Shown here: in pieces, positions 49,015 to 58,524 of the stretch
How the letters are laid out: every line of letters starts with the position of its first letter
How positions within the stretch are numbered: the first letter of the stretch is position 1
Assembly: GCA_031274295.1 (NCBI GenBank)
Contig: JAISQI010000040.1
Coordinates: 1,190-65,189 of the forward strand
DNA from: Holosporaceae bacterium
GTDB taxonomy: Bacteria; Pseudomonadota; Alphaproteobacteria; UBA3830
Reading direction: 5' to 3'
Length of the DNA stretch: 64,000 nucleotides
Notes under the pieces: generated by a model
What the model saw: only the letters and a program-made list of their open reading frames with translations
What the model was told of the DNA's origin: nothing
The model's database searches: none
Position numbers and translations under genes: made by a program

Positions 49015-49974
49015 CTATATAATTTTAGAAATAGTCTCAAACAAAGACTTTTTGTTATGTATGACTTTGTAGATCTCCGAGAATATTTTCATGTTAACAT
49101 TATAATTTCGTTCAAATATCGGTATTACATTCGCGGTAGATACTCCTTCCACAAGTCTTCCATTCCAGTTGTCAATGTTACCTTCCTTGGCCAAGTGCTC
49201 TCCGAATAGAACGTTGCGCGACTGCTTGCTGGTACACGTTAGAACCACGTCTCCTATGCCACCCAGCTCGAAAAATGTTTCTTTCTTTCCCCCTAACACA
49301 ACAGCCAGCTCCGACATTTCACGCAATCCATTTACAATTAGTTTCGCTATGGCACTGTTGCCCAAATTTAGACCAGATAGAATTCCACAACCGATGGCTA
49401 ACACGTTTTTTAACGCGCCAGCTACTTGCAATCCTATATGATCATTTATGGCTTCGATCTTAAACATAACAGATGACAAAGATTTTGCAATTTCCCTGGA
49501 CAACTTACTATTTTTGCTAGCAATATTAACTTCCGCCGGAAGTCCTTGGGCAATTTCAATAGCAAAGGAAGGACCGGAAAGAATGGCATAGTCATTGTCT
49601 AGTATTTCTTCGAAAAGATCGCTCTGCAAACGTCCATTTTCAATGTCAAAGCCCTTGGAACAAAGAACCATCGGAATCCTAATTTGATGCTCCTTTATTT
49701 GTTTGAAGACAGATGAAACAGCTGACATTGGCACAGCAATAAAAATTAAATCGCTGTCTTGAATGTAAGAAAAAGTGTTTGTACACGAAATGTTCATATT
49801 CAGAGAAACGCCACTGAGAACTGTCAAATTCATATGTAGATCGTTGATATTCGAAGTGATTATTTCCATATCACTGACAAGCAAAACTTGTTCCGCCATT
49901 TTGCTGAAACATTGAGCAAGGGCCGTTCCATAACTTCCCGCACCAATAATTCCAATTTTATTGAAAGAAACCAT
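49015..49974 (-). CDS. gpsA: NAD(P)H-dependent glycerol-3-phosphate dehydrogenase
   Basis: IGIIGAGSYGTALA, LSGPSFAIEIA, ALKNVLAIGCGI, TCTSKQSRN. Confidence 0.9.
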   Translation of the reverse strand: MVSFNKIGIIGAGSYGTALAQCFSKMAEQVLLVSDMEIITSNINDLHMNLTVLSGVSLNMNISCTNTFSYIQDSDLIFIAVPMSAVSSVFKQIKEHQIRIPMVLCSKGFDIENGRLQSDLFEEILDNDYAILSGPSFAIEIAQGLPAEVNIASKNSKLSREIAKSLSSVMFKIEAINDHIGLQVAGALKNVLAIGCGILSGLNLGNSAIAKLIVNGLREMSELAVVLGGKKETFFELGGIGDVVLTCTSKQSRNVLFGEHLAKEGNIDNWNGRLVEGVSTANVIPIFERNYNVNMKIFSEIYKVIHNKKSLFETISKII

Positions 49975-50039
49975 TTTAAGACTAAACTCCTAATAAAAGT
50001 GTATATGACTTTTGCAAAATATCATCTATACTCTTACTT

Positions 50040-51914
50040 GTGGCTGGAAATAGCAAGAGAATGTTTGATTTTTCGTTTAAAAAAATAAGGGAAAAAATTC
50101 CTTCGAAAAAAATAAAAGAAATTTTCAGCAAGTGTTATCAAAAAGTTGCGGAAAAAATCGCTGAAATTCCAGAAGAATATATGTCACACATACGAAATGT
50201 TTTGGTTTTAGTGGGTTCATATAGCCTTATGTCGTTTTTGATATATCCAGAACTTAAAATTCAAAATTTTGTAAAGGAAGTTTTCTCACTGCTGTGCGCT
50301 TACGGAGCCATTTTCTTTTGGTTTATGGATAGAATAGACAATGAAATACCGTTTAGGATTGCAATTGCAGTAACAGCTTGTGTTTCCCCCGTTTTATTCA
50401 TAAACAATCCCATCGGAGTTGCAATAATCTGTCTCCTAATGATTGTTTTCTGCGAATTTATAATTTTTGAATATATACGCGGATGTAATCTATTTTCTAA
50501 TTTAATTCCGGTTTACATAATTTGTGAAAATGAACAAGAGGCGGAGACTGCCCAAGAGTTTTCTAACGATTACAAGATCCTGGAGTTAATAGTTCTAGCA
50601 TCCCCTAAAAACGGCAAATACAGTTCGTTAAAATCAATAGATGATATAAAGAATTGGTTGAGAAAAATTAATTACATACCATTTTATCCATCACCCAAAA
50701 GATTTATGTATTTTTCTGGAAAAATCAACACGGATAACTTCGCCCAATTGCTAGAGTTGTCTGCTGAGTGCTCAACGCCTCTGTTTAGAATAACTAAGAA
50801 TATTTTCCACAAACAGAATATATCATCTAGTTCTCTCAGCGTTTCTCCCGTTTTTCTTAATGATTTAGAAACAACTGCTATTTCCCCCTCGGACAGAACA
50901 GCTTTATCTGCTGCGCTCAAAGGCAAACGAATATGGATTTGCTATGACGGTAGGGGAATTATTTTGGATTTAATCGGCATAATTTCTCTAATAACCTCTG
51001 TGGACCTTACGATTTTCTGCGAATCAGAAAGATTAATGCTTTATGCGAAAAGCGAGTTAGCCAATAATTGGCCCAATAAAAATTATAAAATAAAAATCGT
51101 CGATATAAATCTATTTAATTTACAGGGAACAAAACCTGACGTGCTTTTTTATAATATGCCGATTAAATCTTTCCACTCGGGAGAGGAAAATCTAAAAGAA
51201 GCCGTTATAAAAAACGTACTGGATACAAAACGAATGATAGATTTTTCACAATCGAATAAAATTCCTTTTGTATTTATTCTATCCAATTCCGGAGCATTGA
51301 ACGCTAATAATTGGATAGGAGCAACCCAAAGATTGGGCGAGTTATTTGCGCAATTTGCAGACTCGCAAAGCAGAAAAACGTACACGAAATTTAAAATAAT
51401 CCGCATTCCAGAAGAAATAACAGATCTATCAAATATTTTAGGAGATGTACTTTCATCCATATTCTCCAAAGGATACGTTAACGTGAACTTTTTGGATTCC
51501 GAATTGGCGGCATTATATTATAAAAAAGACATATTACCTCCTCTTCTGAAGACAATTGTTTCTTTGATGAAAAACAATGATACAACTTCCAGCATTTATA
51601 CCATAGCTCCCAAAAACGATGTAATTTTTGAGGATTTTATCAAAAATGTATGCAATGTTTGTGGTCTGAGAAAAGATAAAGATGTGCAGGTAGTTTACAA
51701 TTGTCCATCGGAAGAAATGAAATTAGATGATTTCGTTAGCATTTCAGAATCCATGGAAAAAACAGCAATTTCAAACGTTTTACGCACTAAATTTACCTGC
51801 ATCAATTCGGAAAATTACGAGCATATTTGGACCATAGAGGAAATCAATGGCATGACGACCCGAGAGCTAATAGCGGCCGTATTCCAAAGCCTGAACGAAA
51901 AAATACATACCTGA
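50040..51914 (+). CDS. CapD/WbpM/PglF-like polysaccharide biosynthesis protein homologue with degenerate cofactor/catalytic motifs
   Basis: N-terminal TM segments, a linker Rossmann-like region, then a segment colinear with the CapD dehydratase domain. The expected TGAGGSIG reads CYDGRGII, S/TDKA reads SNSGA, and MGA(T/S)KR reads IGATQR. Confidence 0.5.
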   Translation: MAGNSKRMFDFSFKKIREKIPSKKIKEIFSKCYQKVAEKIAEIPEEYMSHIRNVLVLVGSYSLMSFLIYPELKIQNFVKEVFSLLCAYGAIFFWFMDRIDNEIPFRIAIAVTACVSPVLFINNPIGVAIICLLMIVFCEFIIFEYIRGCNLFSNLIPVYIICENEQEAETAQEFSNDYKILELIVLASPKNGKYSSLKSIDDIKNWLRKINYIPFYPSPKRFMYFSGKINTDNFAQLLELSAECSTPLFRITKNIFHKQNISSSSLSVSPVFLNDLETTAISPSDRTALSAALKGKRIWICYDGRGIILDLIGIISLITSVDLTIFCESERLMLYAKSELANNWPNKNYKIKIVDINLFNLQGTKPDVLFYNMPIKSFHSGEENLKEAVIKNVLDTKRMIDFSQSNKIPFVFILSNSGALNANNWIGATQRLGELFAQFADSQSRKTYTKFKIIRIPEEITDLSNILGDVLSSIFSKGYVNVNFLDSELAALYYKKDILPPLLKTIVSLMKNNDTTSSIYTIAPKNDVIFEDFIKNVCNVCGLRKDKDVQVVYNCPSEEMKLDDFVSISESMEKTAISNVLRTKFTCINSENYEHIWTIEEINGMTTRELIAAVFQSLNEKIHT

Positions 51915-51953
51915 ACCATTGTTTTTAATCCCGTAAATTTAGCGAGTGTTGTC

Positions 51954-52580
51954 TCAAGATTGAAAATTCGATTTGGAGCAATAATTGGTGTTAGTTATAT
52001 AGAGCGGATGAATTCGAGATTCCCGCGTAATGTAATGCGGAAAATTTAGCAGGTATTTTGCATCTCTAAAATCAGTAATGTGAATAACGTTGGGGATTTT
52101 ATTTTTCAAGTGTGGAACAATCATTTCGATGGCATCCCCCATCAATACAATTTTACCATTCATTTTGCTGCTAACAGACATGGGATCTGAGACTCCCATT
52201 TCTTCATTGGTTTTATAATAAATTTGGTTTTTTTCGCTTTTAATGACAACTCCAATGTCATGAAAATTCTCTGCCTGATGGAAACTCTCAATTATATCAA
52301 AATAACTTGCGCTGGCGGCTGGCAGTCCTAAAGACAATGCCAGTCCTTTGGCGAAGCTTTGGGCTACGCGGATTCCAGTAAACGAGCCTGGCCCGGATGT
52401 CGTTATAATTCCATCGATATTACCAAGATCAATGTTCTTTGACTTTACAAAATTATCAGCAAGCCAAACCAAATTCGCCGCGGCATCGATATTTTCATTT
52501 ATTTCGTAAAGCTGATTGTCATATGAAATAGCCAGAGAGCAGCGTTTCAAACAAGCGGAAATTGCCATTATATTTTTCAT
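51954..52580 (-). CDS. tsaB: tRNA t6A biosynthesis protein TsaB (YeaZ)
   Basis: GPGSFTGIRVAQSFAKGLALSLGLP. 208 aa. Confidence 0.8.
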   Translation of the reverse strand: MKNIMAISACLKRCSLAISYDNQLYEINENIDAAANLVWLADNFVKSKNIDLGNIDGIITTSGPGSFTGIRVAQSFAKGLALSLGLPAASASYFDIIESFHQAENFHDIGVVIKSEKNQIYYKTNEEMGVSDPMSVSSKMNGKIVLMGDAIEMIVPHLKNKIPNVIHITDFRDAKYLLNFPHYITRESRIHPLYITNTNYCSKSNFQS

Positions 52581-53656
52581 TTTGCGATTACAACTTTTGA
52601 TTTATCAATTTTTAATGAAATTTCTCCATTTAAAAGCATGACTGCTTCTTTTCCAAAAATTTCATTTCTCCAGCCCGATAGAAATTTAATGTTCCTATCT
52701 CCGTTGAGCAACCCTTCCAAATCGTTTGTGGTTGCGATCATTGATGTGGCAACGCTATGTTTTAACGAACAAATACCCAGAAGTGTTTTCAGCAGGCCAA
52801 TGATGGCATTTTGTCTGTCCGGTTTTTCGCTAATTTCCAATTTTTCTGCAATTTTTTCCGCGAACAGCAAAAATTCTTTATGGTTTTCATTTTTCATATT
52901 TCTGGAATTTTTAATATGATGAATGAAGTTTACTCCTTTCTTGCATACGGCTTTCAGGATGTCATTTTTAACCATTAACTCCGGAGAAATGCCTTTTTCG
53001 GCAGCCTTTTCTTTCTGCCATTTTTTTAATTGATTATAGACGTTTAAGTTATTTTCACTCAACGTTTTAGCGAAATCATCTTGCTTACTTTTAATTTGCT
53101 GCAACTCCTCATCCAACCAATTTTCTCTATGGAGTTCGATCAATTTTTGCAATTGTTTTTTATAAACCTCTCTTAAATAAAAAACGTCATTGGCCGAATA
53201 TAAAAGTTGTTTTTTACTTAGTGGGCGTTTTTTCCAATCGCTCATGGAGTGATTTTTTCTCAATTGTTTATCCAAGTATCTTGAAACTATTGATTGATAG
53301 CTAATGCTGTCGTTTGTACTCAAAACTGTCTCATAAAGTTGAGTATCATAGAAATTTATCGTGTTAATTCCATAGAGAGACAGAATTTCTATATCCTGAA
53401 AGGCGGAATGAAATACTTTTTTGATTTGTGGATGGCTAAAAATTCGATTCAATTGGGATATCTCAACTGCCATTGGATCAATTATAAAAACTTCATCGGA
53501 AGTCGCAATTTGAACCAGACATAGTAACGGTTTTTCTAAATTTTCCCGCATAAATTCAGTATCAACGGCAATGAACAAATCGTTTTTACCGTTTATCTCG
53601 CGGGTTATTGTTTCCAAAAAATTATCAAATGAATTTTTTTCTTCGATTAAAAGCAT
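52577..53656 (-). CDS. rnd: ribonuclease D
   Basis: DEDDy exonuclease motifs (AVDTEF, HSAFQDIE, YSANDVFYL) and an HRDC-like C-terminus. Confidence 0.8.
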   Translation of the reverse strand: MLLIEEKNSFDNFLETITREINGKNDLFIAVDTEFMRENLEKPLLCLVQIATSDEVFIIDPMAVEISQLNRIFSHPQIKKVFHSAFQDIEILSLYGINTINFYDTQLYETVLSTNDSISYQSIVSRYLDKQLRKNHSMSDWKKRPLSKKQLLYSANDVFYLREVYKKQLQKLIELHRENWLDEELQQIKSKQDDFAKTLSENNLNVYNQLKKWQKEKAAEKGISPELMVKNDILKAVCKKGVNFIHHIKNSRNMKNENHKEFLLFAEKIAEKLEISEKPDRQNAIIGLLKTLLGICSLKHSVATSMIATTNDLEGLLNGDRNIKFLSGWRNEIFGKEAVMLLNGEISLKIDKSKVVIAK

Positions 53657-54783
53657 TCCGCTGCTACTTTATCATAGGCATATGCGATCCACGGTAACAT
53701 TTTTTTTAAATCTTGAAAATCAATTGTTGGACCAATCCAGATTCTAAGATGCGGTTTTGTATAAATATGCCCCAAAAAATCGAAAGCTACTTTTTCTTTT
53801 TCGCAAATTGCTACAATTTTTTTCAGAAAGTTCCATTTATTTGCTTCTGTCATAGCTTGATAATTATCGCAGTTAATATCCAAGCAAACTATGTGAGAAG
53901 CTCTGTATTTCTCATCGACCAGAAAACAAAAGGTCTTCTGCCCGACGAGCCATTCTTTTACGGTGTTATAATTCTGTTCCACTTTTTGAATTAGTGCTTT
54001 TATTCCCCCTAAGTTATCAGCCCAGACTAAATTGTCGTAAAAATCCTCCAGGCATATCATGGACGGCGTATTAATTGTATATCCCTTAAATAGATCGAAA
54101 TTAACTTTTTTGGCCTTGGCTATACGAAATATCCGAGGAATCGGTCTGTCCGGCTCATAGGATTCCAATCTTGCTATAGCCTTTGGACTTAGCACTATGG
54201 ATCCTAATCCAGCTTCTCCTCCCAGACCTTTTTGCCAGGAAAAAGCTACTGCGTCCAATTTTACCCAATCAACACCCATAACAAATACCGCTGATGCCGC
54301 GTCGCAAATGGTCAATCCTTTTCTGTCATGTGGAATCCAGTTAACATCATGGAACGATGCTCCCGATGTGGTCGATGATAGACAAAAAACCACATCTCTA
54401 GAAAAATTTACTTGCGATACATCCGATATCTTAGGAAAATCCCCTTTAATTGAATGAACATCTGCTATTTTCAATTCATTTACAATATCGTGAAGCCAGT
54501 GATTACTAAATACACAGCAGGCAAGTACATCTACTCCCCTGTTTCCAAGGAGAGACCAGAGTAATGTTTCCATTGCCCCCGTAGATGACGAGCCGACTAT
54601 GCCAAGATAATAATCATCGGGTATTTGGAGGATCTTTCTTTGTAATTTTATAATATCCTGGATAAACTTTAATCCGTCCGCCGATCGGTGAGATCGTCCT
54701 GCCAATTTTCCCAAAGGAGTTGTCCATCCGGAGTGTTTCGCACAGGGCCCGGATGAAAACCTAACATTAATCGGCTTTTCCAT
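53647..54783 (-). CDS. serC: phosphoserine aminotransferase (alphaproteobacterial long type)
   Basis: FSSGPCAKHSGW, GRSHRS, LTICDAASA, FSWQKGLGGE (PLP Lys), LRIWIGPT. Confidence 0.8.
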   Translation of the reverse strand: MEKPINVRFSSGPCAKHSGWTTPLGKLAGRSHRSADGLKFIQDIIKLQRKILQIPDDYYLGIVGSSSTGAMETLLWSLLGNRGVDVLACCVFSNHWLHDIVNELKIADVHSIKGDFPKISDVSQVNFSRDVVFCLSSTTSGASFHDVNWIPHDRKGLTICDAASAVFVMGVDWVKLDAVAFSWQKGLGGEAGLGSIVLSPKAIARLESYEPDRPIPRIFRIAKAKKVNFDLFKGYTINTPSMICLEDFYDNLVWADNLGGIKALIQKVEQNYNTVKEWLVGQKTFCFLVDEKYRASHIVCLDINCDNYQAMTEANKWNFLKKIVAICEKEKVAFDFLGHIYTKPHLRIWIGPTIDFQDLKKMLPWIAYAYDKVAAECF

Positions 54784-54815
54784 AATATAATTCCGACCGA
54801 ATTATCTTTTAATTG

Positions 54816-55940
54816 CTATTTAGTAATGGCAATCTTTTCTATACGTTTCTTTAAGAGATTGAAACTTCCAACGTTGGGAACTAATGGTACTTCGTTCGGT
54901 ACCATTTTTGTATGGAGCGGATTTAAAAGCGTATTATTTCGAGCAAGCTCCAGATGCAAATGCGCTCCGGTCGATATTCCTGTTGATCCTGTATAGCCTA
55001 TCAATTGACCTTTTTTAACCTTTGCCCCATATCGAACGGCATATCTGCTCAGATGTCCGTATCTGCTGCTGTAACCGAATGGATGTTTTATATCGATACA
55101 ATTTCCGTATCCGTAATAGGGAGACGCTTTAACAACAACTCCATCAAAGATTGCAAAAACCGGAGTACCGTACGGCGCTTTTAAATCCACGCCGGTATGC
55201 TTTTGATATCCTCCTCTTACGGGATGTACGCGACTACCGAATGCCGAGGACACATGTAGTTTTCCTTTCAAAGGCTGCACAAATGAGTTGGAATTCGCGT
55301 GCGTAATTACCTTTACACCATTTTCAAAATAATATGCAGAGTGATTCCCATGTGTGAATTTATAGACGGCTGCTTGATGACGTTTTGTTTTAATTTTTGA
55401 ATACAGCATTACATTCTTATTGCTATACATAATTTCAAAGGTATCCCCTTTTTTTAAAGAACGTCTGAAATCCAATTTGGAAGATAAATTATTTATTACG
55501 CTATCGACAACTGAAGCGGGAACTCCGAGCTTTCTGGCATCTGCGTAAAAATTCGACATAATGTTGCTTTTAACAAATTTTGAGCCAGCGAATTCTCCAC
55601 TGGAAATAATTTGTATTGGACTAACGCTCGGTTTTTTAGGGACGGATGGGATATTTTCAATGTTGCTGGGTTCAGGATTGATGGAACAAAACCTATCGCC
55701 TGATAGTTTATTCTGTAGAAGTTCTTCGACGAAGGAAGAATTATCTTCCGATAGCTTTTTACAAAGTAATTCAATTGATGCATTTTTTTGCGAAGCAGCT
55801 GCGGCGTTTATGGATACCTCTCCCCGGAATTCATTTGCCGTTGCCGAAAAAAAGCTAATTAACACAGGAAGATAACCAGCAACTATTAAAACACCGCCAC
55901 ACAAAACCCTAGCGCCCACAGACATATCACGTAATTTCAA
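54816..55940 (-). CDS. M23 (LytM-domain) peptidoglycan metalloendopeptidase
   Basis: N-terminal TM, HTGVDLKAPYGTPV, GHLS, GSTGISTGAHLHLE. Confidence 0.85.
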   Translation of the reverse strand: MKLRDMSVGARVLCGGVLIVAGYLPVLISFFSATANEFRGEVSINAAAASQKNASIELLCKKLSEDNSSFVEELLQNKLSGDRFCSINPEPSNIENIPSVPKKPSVSPIQIISSGEFAGSKFVKSNIMSNFYADARKLGVPASVVDSVINNLSSKLDFRRSLKKGDTFEIMYSNKNVMLYSKIKTKRHQAAVYKFTHGNHSAYYFENGVKVITHANSNSFVQPLKGKLHVSSAFGSRVHPVRGGYQKHTGVDLKAPYGTPVFAIFDGVVVKASPYYGYGNCIDIKHPFGYSSRYGHLSRYAVRYGAKVKKGQLIGYTGSTGISTGAHLHLELARNNTLLNPLHTKMVPNEVPLVPNVGSFNLLKKRIEKIAITK

Positions 55941-56129
55941 TACACCCTCCTGCTAACAAAATACCACTCAGTAATATTATTAACATAAAGTTAATAACAT
56001 GAAAAATCAAGTTATTTAAAAATGAGTCGAGAGTTAGCTAATACAGCTCTTTTTCCTGCGCTATATTGATCGCTGTTCGCATTTCTCAGCGTATGTCTCT
56101 CATATCCCGCTGAAGCATAAGTAGATGAC

Positions 56130-56918
56130 TCAGTATTCGACGTGCAAAGAATCTACTCGTTGTAATTCCCTGCTTAAAAATTCTCTTGCGAGCTCAATAT
56201 AGGAAATTGCCCCTTTGGATTTTACGTCGTATAAAATTATTGGCTTTCCATAGGAAGACGCTTCACTTATTTTAACGTTTCTTGGAATAACGGTGTTGAA
56301 AACTAGATTCTTAAAATGCGCGCGAACATCGTCTGCAACCATCGAACTCAAGCTATTTCTTTGGTCGTACATCGTCAGTAGAATTCCGGAAATTATTAAA
56401 TTTCTGTTGATAGTATTTCTTACACTCTGAATTGTGGTAAATAGCTGCGCTAATCCTTCCAAGGCATAAAACTCACATTGCAAAGGAATAATAATTTTAT
56501 TTGAGGCATTTAAAGCGTTTATATTAATAAGACCGAATCCCGGAGGACAATCAATTAACACGTAATCATATTCTAATTTTGAAATTGACTGCTTTAGTTT
56601 ACTATCGCGATCTTTTTGGGAAAACAATTCAACTTCCGCCGCTGATAAATCTATTGTTGAGGAAATTATGAAAAGACCACTAACGTACGTTTCTAAAACG
56701 ACGTCCATTGGATCAATCAGGCCGAGTAAAACCCCGTAACTACTCCGAAGACCTCTTCCTTTGGATATGCCAAATCCAGTCGTCGCGTTTCCCTGTGGAT
56801 CCAAATCTAAAACCAGCACGCTTTTACCAATAGCCGCAAGAGCGGCAGCTAAATTCACCGTGGTAGTTGTTTTTCCAACTCCTCCCTTTTGATTAATCAT
56901 GGCAATTACACTGGACAT
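56130..56918 (-). CDS. parA: chromosome partitioning ATPase ParA (Soj)
   Basis: Deviant Walker A NQKGGVGKTTTTVNLA, LDLDPQGN, VLIDCPP. Confidence 0.9.
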   Translation of the reverse strand: MSSVIAMINQKGGVGKTTTTVNLAAALAAIGKSVLVLDLDPQGNATTGFGISKGRGLRSSYGVLLGLIDPMDVVLETYVSGLFIISSTIDLSAAEVELFSQKDRDSKLKQSISKLEYDYVLIDCPPGFGLININALNASNKIIIPLQCEFYALEGLAQLFTTIQSVRNTINRNLIISGILLTMYDQRNSLSSMVADDVRAHFKNLVFNTVIPRNVKISEASSYGKPIILYDVKSKGAISYIELAREFLSRELQRVDSLHVEY

Positions 56919-57126
56919 TTTACAATCTGAACTGTTTTTCTAATAAAGTTAACGTTAAGTATACTTTGAACTTAAAGAATTCTCAATCGGTAGGGTTTGT
57001 TTTGGAAAAAAGTTTTAAAAATATAGTATCTGATAATGACAGAGTGATAGTAATTCTAAGCGATTTATCAAATCCCAATTTATCTATGGATCAGGATATC
57101 TTTTAAAAACCGTTCTAATAAATTAT

Positions 57127-58464
57127 TTGGAAAAAATACCCGAATATTTGGTCGGTAATTTTTATTGGAAAGATAGAGATGGCTATTATTTAGGATGCAA
57201 TAAGTCGACTTTAAGTATGTCTGGAATAGAGGAAGAAAAAGATGAAATAGGCAAAACAGACTATAATCTGTGGCCTTATAGGGCCGACGAACTTCGCAAA
57301 AATGACATTGCGATTATGACACTAGGAAAACTTTTTTCTTTTGAAGAAACGATTCAAATTGGGAATAAAACCAGGTATTATGCCGTTGTTAAGGTAAGGA
57401 ACGGAAGAAAGTTAAAACTATATTTGAACAAGTGGCGCATGATATAAGATCCCTCACCTGCAACTTTGTCGACGATTGTAGAATCGTTAAAAAATATTTC
57501 TGAAGAGAAGCATATGGTATTAAAAAACGTTATCACAAGCATTAGAGACATCACCGATAATTTGCTTAACAAATGCAAACCCCGTGAAGATGCGTATTCT
57601 CAGCTAGATGGAAATCCATATGTTTTCGTTTCACTGGCTCTATCGGAAGCAATAAATTACAAAAAATACCAGTACAATAGATTGAACATAAAATTCAATT
57701 ACTTCTTTGATTCCGAAAATAAATTTATTTTCATTAAGGGAGATCAATCTATTTTCAGACGTATGATATCTAATTTAATTGATAACGCCGTTGAGACTCT
57801 CGATGAAAAGGCTGGAATTGTAGATCTAACATTAAAAGAAGAAGAATCATTGATTAAAATAATTATCGAAGATAATGGAAAAGGAATGTCACAAACGCTG
57901 ATAGACAAAATGTACAATAATACTACCTTTTCCAACAATAAAGAAAAAGGACTCGGCGTTGGTCTTGAACAAGTAAGAGACGCTTTGCTCACCTTTAACG
58001 GACAGATGTCCGTAGAATCTAAGGAGAATGTAGGAACTAAAGTAAGACTCTTTCTGCCGATATCAGAGAATCCCCAATGGGTCGCTCAACAAATTAGATT
58101 AAACAAAGGAAGCACCGTTGTCATTCTAGACGATGATACGTCTATGCATTATGTGTGGAAAACTTATTTGGGAAAATACTCTGATAGTTTGTCATTTGAG
58201 TATTTTGAAAACGGAGAAGAAGCAATTGAGTTTATTCAATCAATAGAAGATAAGAACAAAGTCTTCCTATTATCCGATTGCGAACTCAGAAATCAAAGAT
58301 TAAATGGAATACAAATAATAAAACACCTTTCAATGCAAGATAAATCTGTCCTGGTAACCAGTGACTGCAATAATAAAAAAATACAAAATACCGCCTGGCG
58401 AACTAACATTAAAATATTACCCAAACTGCTTATATCTGAAATTACAATAACAATAGAAAATTAA
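57127..58464 (+). pseudogene. hybrid sensor histidine kinase (PAS - HisKA - HATPase_c - receiver) disrupted around the H-box
   Basis: PAS-like ORF 57127-57447 ends at TAA 57445-57447. ORF 57466-58464 in the same frame carries LIDNAVETL, EDNGKGM, GLGVGL and a CheY-like receiver (ILDDD, LLSDCEL, LVTS, ILPK). The H-box EQVAHDIRS is encoded only in another frame (57426-57452). Confidence 0.65.
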
Positions 58465-58524
58465 GAAACCGTGCGAAGGGCGGAGCTTGGCGCTAATCGA
58501 AACTAGTCTCCCCGGAAGAGATTT

